Shown here piece by piece: positions 57,440 to 64,000 of a stretch of DNA of 64,000 nt. Where the stretch lies: contig CAYQEC010000002.1 of assembly GCA_964416425.1 (NCBI GenBank), positions 38,701 through 102,700 of the forward strand, in the 5' to 3' direction. The translations under genes were made by a program, and so were the position numbers. This stretch comes from an uncultured Acidimicrobiaceae bacterium (GTDB lineage: Bacteria; Actinomycetota; Acidimicrobiia; Spongiisociales; UBA5794). Numbering within the stretch: the stretch's first letter is position 1; each line of letters opens with the position of its first letter. The notes beneath the pieces are model-generated. The model was given only the letters and a program-made list of their open reading frames with translations. It was not told where the DNA came from and did no database searches.

Positions 57440-58330
57440 CTACAGCTCCCTCAGTTTGGGATTGAAGACTTCGTCCAGCCCGACGTTCATCACGTACAGC
57501 CCGCCGACGATGGAGGTGATGGCGATGCCCGGCGGGATGAACCACCACCACATGCCGAGGTGGAGGGCGCTCCACAGCAACGCGTTGTTCATCATCAGCC
57601 CGAGCGAGACGCCCTGGGTCGGTCCCAGCCCGATGAAGTCGAGGGTGGCTGCCGTGAGGATCGCCCCGCCGAACATCAGGATGAAGGTCATGAAGAGATA
57701 CGAGCTCATGTTGGGCGCGATCTCAGTGAAGATGATCTTGTAGCTGTTCTTGCCGCTGAGGCGGGCGAGATCGACGAACTCACGCGAGTTCAGCGAGAAG
57801 GTCTGGGCCCGGATGGCGCGTGCCGCCCAGGGCCACGACGTGAACCCGATGAAGAGCGCCTCCACCATCACGCCCCGCACCTGGAGGTAGGCGGCCACGA
57901 TCAGCAGGATCGCCAGCGTGGGGATGACCAGCACGATGTTGGTCAGCATGTTGAGGATCTCGTCGACGATGCCGCCGCGGTACCCGGCGACAAAACCGAC
58001 GACCATCCCGACGATGGTGGCGATGCCGCCCCCGACGATGCCCACCAGGAAGGTGGCGCCGAGGCCGTCGATGAATTGGGCGAACACGTCCTGCCCGAAG
58101 GTCGTCGTGCCGAACCAGTACTCCGACGACGGAGAGAGGGGCCCGAAGGCCACATACTCGTTCGGGTTGTCGACCTTCACGAACAGCGGCCCCACGAAGG
58201 TGAGGAGCAGGAAGAAGCCGACGACCGAGAGGCCGATCACGAGCTTCTTGTTGCGCAGGGCGAAGTAGAGGGCTTCGTTCCGTTTGCGGGGAACCGCAGT
58301 CTCGGCCGGTGCTTCGATGGGAAGCGTCAT
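57440..58330 (-). CDS. ABC transporter permease (OppC/DppC-like)
   Basis: Six TM helices and the binding-protein-dependent permease core typical of OppC/DppC. Confidence 0.85.
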   Translation of the reverse strand: MTLPIEAPAETAVPRKRNEALYFALRNKKLVIGLSVVGFFLLLTFVGPLFVKVDNPNEYVAFGPLSPSSEYWFGTTTFGQDVFAQFIDGLGATFLVGIVGGGIATIVGMVVGFVAGYRGGIVDEILNMLTNIVLVIPTLAILLIVAAYLQVRGVMVEALFIGFTSWPWAARAIRAQTFSLNSREFVDLARLSGKNSYKIIFTEIAPNMSSYLFMTFILMFGGAILTAATLDFIGLGPTQGVSLGLMMNNALLWSALHLGMWWWFIPPGIAITSIVGGLYVMNVGLDEVFNPKLREL

Positions 58331-59319
58331 GTGGTACCCCCTTGCATCCCGGTGCGTGTTCTCGGGTCAACGAGCACGTACACGACGTCGATGATGAAGT
58401 TGGCGGCGAGCACCCCGACGATGATGAAGAGGAACACGCCTTGGAGCAGGAAGTAGTCCTCGTTCTGGATCGCGGCCAGCACCAGGCTCCCCAGCCCCGG
58501 GTAGGCGAACACGATCTCGGTGACGAGGGCCCCGCCGACGATGACGCCGAGCTGGAGGGCGAGGCCGGTGAGCTGGGGCAGCATGGCGTTGCGGAAGGCG
58601 TACTTCCGGACCAGCTTGCGGGGCGCACCGAGCGCCTCGAGGTAGTGCGAGTAATCCGACTCCAGCTCGTAGATGATCATGTTCCGCATGCCGATCGCCC
58701 AGCCGCCGAACATCACCAGGAACAGGGAGATGAACGGTAAGAACCAGTGGTGGAGCGCACTCTTGATGAACAACCAGGACCAGGCCGGTGCCAGAGCGAA
58801 GCTGTAGGCACCGGAGACCGGGAAGAGGCCCCACACGATCCCGAAGGCCCACGCCAACAGGATGCCGAGCCACATGTAGGGGGTGGCGGTGAGGATGTAG
58901 CCGATCGGGAGCACGGTGTTGTCGAGGATCTTGGAGCGGGCGGCGAAGGCGCCGAACTTGTTGCCGGCCAGCCAGCTGAGGAGGATCGCCGGGAGGAGGA
59001 GCGCGAGGGTGTAGGGGAGGGCGTGCTGGATCACGGTTCGCACCGGCTGCCCGAACACGTAGATGCTGGTGCCGAGGTCACCGCGGAAGAGGGCTCCCCA
59101 GAAATTGGCGTATTGCTGCCAGATGGGCTTATCGAGACCGAAGGCCTCGGTGTAGTGGGTGTACATGACCTGGGCGGCTTCCGGCCGCACCGAGACCCTC
59201 GAAAGCATGGATTGCACGGGGTCGCCGGGCATGAAGCGGGGGATCATCCAGTCGACGGTGACCGCGACGAAGAACGTCAACATGTAGGTGAAGAGCTTGC
59301 GCCCGAAGTACCGTCTCAC
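58327..59319 (-). CDS. ABC transporter permease (OppB/DppB-like)
   Basis: EAA-loop containing permease; stop overlaps the downstream permease start. Confidence 0.85.
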   Translation of the reverse strand: MRRYFGRKLFTYMLTFFVAVTVDWMIPRFMPGDPVQSMLSRVSVRPEAAQVMYTHYTEAFGLDKPIWQQYANFWGALFRGDLGTSIYVFGQPVRTVIQHALPYTLALLLPAILLSWLAGNKFGAFAARSKILDNTVLPIGYILTATPYMWLGILLAWAFGIVWGLFPVSGAYSFALAPAWSWLFIKSALHHWFLPFISLFLVMFGGWAIGMRNMIIYELESDYSHYLEALGAPRKLVRKYAFRNAMLPQLTGLALQLGVIVGGALVTEIVFAYPGLGSLVLAAIQNEDYFLLQGVFLFIIVGVLAANFIIDVVYVLVDPRTRTGMQGGTT

Positions 59320-59414
59320 ATCGCGCCTCCGCCTTGACTAGTCCACCACGGACGTATCGTCTCGCGCCGTGCGGGTCTTGACCGCTTGTCGGTGTTGCAC
59401 ACCTCGATGATAGA

Positions 59415-59450
59415 AAGCCGTCGCCCCTCCTCGCGGAGGGGCGACGGCTT
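59415..59450 (-). terminator. intrinsic terminator/attenuator between the SBP gene and the permease genes
   Basis: Perfect 16-bp hairpin AAGCCGTCGCCCCTCC-tcgc-GGAGGGGCGACGGCTT followed on the minus strand by TTCTATCATCG. Confidence 0.6.
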
Positions 59451-59461
59451 CTGTCGGTTGG

Positions 59462-61270
59462 CTACTCGGTCGGGGTCGGCTGCAGGTCGCACAGCATGAG
59501 GATGCCGGTCATGTTCCAGTATCCCCGCCAGCTGGCCGGCAGGTAGTGGTTCGAGTCCGCGGTCGAGGACGGCCAGTTCGTCCAGACAGCGTTGCTGTAC
59601 TGGGCCCACAAGCCGTTGTACCACAGCGGGATGAGCGGCATGTCCGTGAGCTGGAGGTCTTGCAGCTGCGACATGATGGCCGTCATGCCCTCAACGTCGT
59701 CAACCTGCGTCTTGTCCAACTCGACCACGAGGTCGAAGGCAGCCTGGTTGTCGTAACGCCCAAAGTTGCCGTTCGTCATCGTGTCCATGATCGGATCCTG
59801 GAACATCCAGTCGTAGTACGTCCAAGGCGTGTTGCTCATCTGGGCATCGTTGCTGATGAGCAGGTCGAAGGTGCCTGCGTTCTTGGCATCCGCATATGCG
59901 TTGTAGTCCGGGAAGGCGGGCTGCACGTTGATGCCAGCCGCCTGGGCGCCTTCGGAGATCACCCGGATGGACTCCATCCAGTCCGTCCAGCCGGACGGAA
60001 CGATGAGCTCGAGAGAGATCTCGGAGCCATCGGGTGCCTCGACGAATCCGTCGCCGTTGGTGTCGGAGTATCCGGCATCAGCGAGGATCTGCTTCGCCTT
60101 GGCCTCGTCGTAGCTGAAGCCCTTCTCGTCGACCACGCTCTGGTCAACGTAGGCGTCCCAGATCGGCAGCAAGCCGGTCGGGTTCGAAGCCGCCACGATG
60201 TTGCCGTACACGTTCTGCACGATCTTGCTCGTGTCGACCGAGAACGCGAGCGCCTTGCGGAACTCGGGATCGTCCATCGGGGCCTTGGTGTTGTTGGTCA
60301 GCACCCACGCCGTGTTGGCGGAAAGCATGTACGGGGGATCCGGGTAGTACGTCTGAACGCCGTAGCCGCCTGCCACGAGCGTCGCGACGCCCGGCAGGAA
60401 GTTGTTGCTCAGATCGAGACCGCCCTGGAGCACCATGCCCAGCGCGACGTTGTTGCTGCCGTTGACCACGTCGACGATGTACTTCGGCTGCGGGTCGAGG
60501 CCGAGCGCCGCGGTGGCCCACCAGGGATCGGACCGCTTCATCCAGACCATGCGGTCCTGGTCAGTTGTCGCGAAGACGTACGGACCGGTACCGATGGGGT
60601 TCTCGTTGGCCCCGTTGGTGACCTCGTCCTCAGTCATGCTCGACCAGATGTGCTCGGGGAGCATCGGCCGCGAGTAGAGGAAGTTCCCCCACTCCTGGTA
60701 CAGCGGATCGCTGAATGTGAACGTGACGTGGTAGTCGTCGACCTTGACCACGCTCTCGAGCCAGTCCCACATCGGGGCGTACTGCACCGAGGGGAACTTC
60801 TGGCCGAGCTCGAACGTCATGACGACGTCGTCGGCGTTGAAGGCCTCACCGTCGGACCAGGTGACCCCCTGGCGGAGCGTCAGGTCGTAGACGTTGTCGC
60901 TCGTCCAGGTGCCCTCCTCGGCCAGCCATGGGGTGTACTCGCCTGCCAGCGGGTCGTAGATGAACAGCGGCTCGTAGACGAGACCGAAAGTCCCCGTCGC
61001 GTAGCCCCAGGTCACCATCGGGTTCCAGCTGGACGGCGGGCCCCATTGCGTGCCCGAGGTGTAGAGCGTCTCAGCACGCTCGTACACGCCGGACGGCGCG
61101 GCCATCGTCGTTGTGGTGGTCTCCATGGGCGCCTCGGTGGTCGTGGTGGTCGCACCGGGCTCCGCCGCGGTGGTCGTCGTGGTGTCTTCAGATCCCGAGT
61201 CGCAAGCTGCGACTACGAGAAGGAAGACCGCCAAAACGGCCAACCATCTCCATCGTTTCGTCATCAACAT
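59462..61270 (-). CDS. ABC transporter substrate-binding lipoprotein, family 5 (peptide/oligosaccharide type)
   Basis: SD AAGGAGGAAG before ATG 61270; lipoprotein signal LAVLAVFLLVVAAC; Thr-rich linker; family-5 SBP length and motifs. Confidence 0.85.
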   Translation of the reverse strand: MLMTKRWRWLAVLAVFLLVVAACDSGSEDTTTTTAAEPGATTTTTEAPMETTTTTMAAPSGVYERAETLYTSGTQWGPPSSWNPMVTWGYATGTFGLVYEPLFIYDPLAGEYTPWLAEEGTWTSDNVYDLTLRQGVTWSDGEAFNADDVVMTFELGQKFPSVQYAPMWDWLESVVKVDDYHVTFTFSDPLYQEWGNFLYSRPMLPEHIWSSMTEDEVTNGANENPIGTGPYVFATTDQDRMVWMKRSDPWWATAALGLDPQPKYIVDVVNGSNNVALGMVLQGGLDLSNNFLPGVATLVAGGYGVQTYYPDPPYMLSANTAWVLTNNTKAPMDDPEFRKALAFSVDTSKIVQNVYGNIVAASNPTGLLPIWDAYVDQSVVDEKGFSYDEAKAKQILADAGYSDTNGDGFVEAPDGSEISLELIVPSGWTDWMESIRVISEGAQAAGINVQPAFPDYNAYADAKNAGTFDLLISNDAQMSNTPWTYYDWMFQDPIMDTMTNGNFGRYDNQAAFDLVVELDKTQVDDVEGMTAIMSQLQDLQLTDMPLIPLWYNGLWAQYSNAVWTNWPSSTADSNHYLPASWRGYWNMTGILMLCDLQPTPTE

Positions 61271-61315
61271 GCCTCTCTTCCTCCTTTTAGGGTTCGAGGA
61301 GCATTCTCTCGTGGT

Positions 61316-61345
61316 GTGCAGCCCCGGAGACTCCGGCGGCTGCAC
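61316..61345. promoter_or_regulatory. nested palindrome GTGCAGCC-CCGGAG-a-CTCCGG-c-GGCTGCAC between the lacI stop and the SBP gene start (candidate operator and/or lacI terminator)
   Basis: 8-bp outer inverted repeat enclosing a 6-bp inner inverted repeat, 45-75 nt upstream of the SBP start. Confidence 0.4.
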
Positions 61346-61361
61346 GATGGGCGTTCTGGCA

Positions 61362-62372
61362 TCAACGTGCCGGCACACCTCCTACGGTTGATTGCCGGAT
61401 TACGAGCTTCGTCGGGAGGGTCACTCGGCGCGGCCCCCCCTCCGAATCCTTGAGGAGGTCGAAGAGGGCATGGGCTGCCGCCGCGCCCTGGTCCTCCACT
61501 CCCTGGTCAACTGTGGTGAGCGGGGGGTCGAGCTCGGCGGCGAGGGACAGATCGTCGAAGCCGGCGAGCGCCACGTCCTCGGGCACCCGCAAGCCGCGAT
61601 GGCGGATGGCGCGGAGGGCGCCCTCCGCGCTGAGATCGTTACCACAGAAGAGCGCATCCACGCCCTGATCGAGAAGGGAGGAGGCTGCGGCGTACCCACC
61701 TTCGGGCGTGAAGTCGCCGTCTTCGACGAGGCCCTCGACGGGCAACCCGACGCGCGCCATGGCCTGACGATACCCGGTGAGCCGGTCCTCCCCGGACACC
61801 GTGCCACGCCTTCCGCTGATGTGGCCGATGCGACGTCGCCCGATGTCGATGAGATGCGAGGTCAGTTCCTCGGCGGCGGCGATATGGTCGACGTCGACGT
61901 AGCTGGCGGAGAGGTCGGCCTGCCGGTGCCCCACCAGCACCGTGGGCATCTCGGAGGCGAGGAGACCGTCGACGAGCGGGTCGTCGAGGGTGTTGGCGGT
62001 AACGATCACTCCGTCGAGGATCCCGACCTGAAGGATCCGGTCCAGCGTCTCCTCTTTGGTGCGGTTGCCCAGCCACAGCATCATGCCGCCGGCCTGCTCG
62101 GCGAGGGCGTCGGTCATCCCCTCGAGCAGCAGGGCGAAGTAGGGATCCTTGAAGAGCATCGCCGGGGGGATGTGGAGAACCACGCCGACCAGGCCGGAAC
62201 GGCCCGAGGCGAGGCTCCGCGCCGCCATGTTGGGCCGGTAGTTCGTGCGTTCAATGACTTCGAGAACCCGGTTCCGAGTGGCCTCGGAAACCGGGCCGCC
62301 GTTGATGACCCGAGACACGGTGGCGCGTGAGACACCACTCATCTCGGCAAGATCATCCAGGGTCTGAGGCAA
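61362..62372 (-). CDS. LacI family transcriptional regulator
   Basis: N-terminal HTH TLDDLAEMSGVSRATVSRVING and periplasmic-binding-like sugar-binding core. Confidence 0.85.
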   Translation of the reverse strand: MPQTLDDLAEMSGVSRATVSRVINGGPVSEATRNRVLEVIERTNYRPNMAARSLASGRSGLVGVVLHIPPAMLFKDPYFALLLEGMTDALAEQAGGMMLWLGNRTKEETLDRILQVGILDGVIVTANTLDDPLVDGLLASEMPTVLVGHRQADLSASYVDVDHIAAAEELTSHLIDIGRRRIGHISGRRGTVSGEDRLTGYRQAMARVGLPVEGLVEDGDFTPEGGYAAASSLLDQGVDALFCGNDLSAEGALRAIRHRGLRVPEDVALAGFDDLSLAAELDPPLTTVDQGVEDQGAAAAHALFDLLKDSEGGPRRVTLPTKLVIRQSTVGGVPAR

Positions 62373-62806
62373 ACCGATGCTCCCCTGTTGAAAGCGGTCT
62401 CACAATATCGTGGCGGTTTTCGCCGGGTCAAATCGAGCATTGTCGACCTCTCGATTCATTCGTGAACGGGCGCCGGGGCGAGGCCGTCGCGGACCCGGCG
62501 AGATCTCGCTCGCATGGGCCGGAAACGGGGGCATATCCCCCTGCCGCTGCCATGCCGGCCCGGGTTCCCAACGGGGTGGCACGACACTCGGTGACGGTGG
62601 GTCCACGATCGAGGTGACCATCCTCGGCACTCTCTCCGCTGCGATCTCCGGCTGCCCGGTCGATCCAGAGTGTCCGACGCAGGGGGGCCTGTATCGGCAA
62701 TCGAGCCGCCGAAACTAAAGCGGCCACCCCCATGGCGGCCGGCGGCGCGTCCTCCCCCTCCCCATCATCGATCAGAATGGTCCCCGGCAGCGAGGCGGGA
62801 GGCGGC

Positions 62807-63706
62807 ATGAAGATCGGATTGGCACTCCTGGTCGACGACGACGCGGGGCTCGGGACGGCGCCGCGGTGGGAGCAGATCCGCGACGAGGCGATGTGGGCCG
62901 AGGAGCGGGGCTTCGACTCGATCTGGATCTACGACCATCTGGTGTTCCGACCCGGCGGCGACTCTCCGACCATCGGCATGTGGGAGGGATGGGCGGTCCT
63001 CATCGCCTTGGGCGCCGTCACCGAACGGGTCGAACTCGGTCCCCTCGTGCTCTGCAACCAGTTCCGGAACCCCACGGTGCTGGCCAAGCAAGCCCACACC
63101 CTGGACGAGATCTCGAACGGCCGCCTCATCTTCGGCATCGGGGCAGGCTGGAATCGGGCCGAGTTCGATGCCTTCGGCTTCCCGTTCGACCACCGGGTCG
63201 ACCGGTTCGAGGAGGCGCTCCAGATCATCGGCCCGCTGTTGCGGGAGGGCGAGGTCGACTTCGAGGGGACCTACTACCGGGCTCGGCGCTGTGAGATCCT
63301 TCCCCGCAGCCCGCGCCCGGGCGGACCGCCGCTGCTCGTCGGGGGGTCGGGGCCGCGCATGCTGCGGCTCACCGCCCGCTACGCCGACCAGTGGAACGGT
63401 GGCCACTTCGGAATGCCGGAGACCGTCGACGAGAGCCTGGCCCAGGTGCGGCAGGCGTGCGAGGAGGTGGGCCGTGACCCGGCCACTCTCGAGCTGACGG
63501 CCGCGATCATTTACCGCGGCGAGGGAGCCGAACCGGTCAACTGGGGCCATCAACCGCTGCTGACCGGCGGGCCCGACGACATCGCAGCCGCCCTCGCCGG
63601 GTACCGGGATCGTGGCATCGCCCACGTCCAGTTCCGCGTCTACCCGTACCGGCGGGAGGCGTGCGAGGTGGTGGCGGCCGGCATGGATCTGTTCCGGCAG
63701 AGCTGA
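62807..63706 (+). CDS. LLM class F420-dependent oxidoreductase
   Basis: SD GGGAGG before ATG 62807; MKIGLALLVDDD...GFDSIWIYDHL...GIGAGWNRAEFDAFGFPF typical of the LLM family. Confidence 0.8.
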   Translation: MKIGLALLVDDDAGLGTAPRWEQIRDEAMWAEERGFDSIWIYDHLVFRPGGDSPTIGMWEGWAVLIALGAVTERVELGPLVLCNQFRNPTVLAKQAHTLDEISNGRLIFGIGAGWNRAEFDAFGFPFDHRVDRFEEALQIIGPLLREGEVDFEGTYYRARRCEILPRSPRPGGPPLLVGGSGPRMLRLTARYADQWNGGHFGMPETVDESLAQVRQACEEVGRDPATLELTAAIIYRGEGAEPVNWGHQPLLTGGPDDIAAALAGYRDRGIAHVQFRVYPYRREACEVVAAGMDLFRQS

Positions 63707-63795
63707 GGTCACCCGGAACGGCGAGGAGGGGCACCCGGGGGTGCCCCTCCAGGAGCGGACGGGAAGTCGAGCGCCCGCTACCTCCGCTCCGGCCG

Positions 63796-64000
63796 CTACA
63801 CCAGTTCCAGGGTCCGATCCGCGGTGCCGTCCAGGTCGACGACGAGCACCGGATCGGGGCGGCCTTCGATGTGGATCTGCGGCAGCCACTCCAACCAGCG
63901 CGGCAGGTACCAGTTGAGGTCGCCGAGCAGCTTCATGGCGGCCGGCACCAGCACCGACCGCACCACGGTGGCGTCGAGGATCACCGCCACCGCCAGGCCG
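63796..64000 (-). CDS. MMPL family transporter, C-terminal fragment (gene continues beyond the right edge)
   Basis: [31 protein letters not shown] is the conserved MMPL C-terminal TM12/tail region; stop TAG 63796-63798. Confidence 0.65.
   Translation of the reverse strand, partial: GLAVAVILDATVVRSVLVPAAMKLLGDLNWYLPRWLEWLPQIHIEGRPDPVLVVDLDGTADRTLELV

Noticed and set aside
62410-62718. 102-aa ORF in the lacI / LLM-oxidoreductase spacer
   Set aside because: No SD, no recognisable family, low-complexity product; the region is flagged instead as a possibly structured leader
1-64000. CRISPR arrays, IS elements, integrases, rRNA genes
   Set aside because: No regularly spaced direct repeats, no transposase/integrase-like ORFs and no rRNA-like conserved segments were seen on reading both strands

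Overview
This 64 kb window is a high-GC (about 70%) actinobacterial-type chromosomal segment that is densely coding on both strands, with about 60 protein-coding genes. Genes were called from the six-frame track by recognisable protein families, third-codon-position GC, Shine-Dalgarno (SD)/start context and overlaps between adjacent genes. The many long Arg/Pro/Gly-rich ORFs on the opposite strand of real genes are the usual high-GC antisense shadows and are not called. Recognisable content: ABC exporters and an ABC-2 pair; two CYTH-family paralogs; a flavodoxin-like protein; three luciferase-like-monooxygenase (LLM) class F420-dependent oxidoreductases plus a deazaflavin-dependent nitroreductase (an F420-using organism); a Na/Pi cotransporter with its PhoU-like partner; glgB, tam, add and aceE; a serA-like dehydrogenase followed by DUF1015 and HAD genes; a P1B-5 P-type ATPase with a C-terminal hemerythrin domain; fcl/gmd (GDP-fucose synthesis); a NarL-type two-component system next to a MacB-like ABC pair; a stand-alone MsiK/UgpC-type sugar-import ATPase; a Pat-like GNAT/NDP-forming acyl-CoA synthetase; a FetAB-like ABC pair; Rrf2, YceI and HU genes; an L,D-transpeptidase; a hybrid histidine kinase; a LacI-regulated Opp/Dpp-family ABC importer; and an MMPL C-terminus at the right edge. 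No rRNA gene, complete tRNA gene, CRISPR array, transposase or integrase was found. The most unusual locus is 5960-6760: a near-consensus promoter and long leader drive a 46-aa ORF with a strong SD, lower GC3 than its neighbours and its own terminator, followed by a tRNA-like minihelix (canonical T-arm plus a perfect 7-bp acceptor pairing, possibly an old attachment-site remnant) and a region where both strands carry overlapping, equally plausible small ORFs. Other points worth a second look: a promoter-to-terminator candidate small RNA of about 175 nt in the glgB/tam convergent spacer; a tandem catalytic/degenerate CYTH pair; an Mrr-like endonuclease-fold protein with a double zinc ribbon; a secreted FG-GAP-like lipoprotein gene broken by two in-frame TAG codons and a frameshift; and several strong palindromes in divergent promoter regions. 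All calls rest on reading the sequence by eye; no database searches were run.
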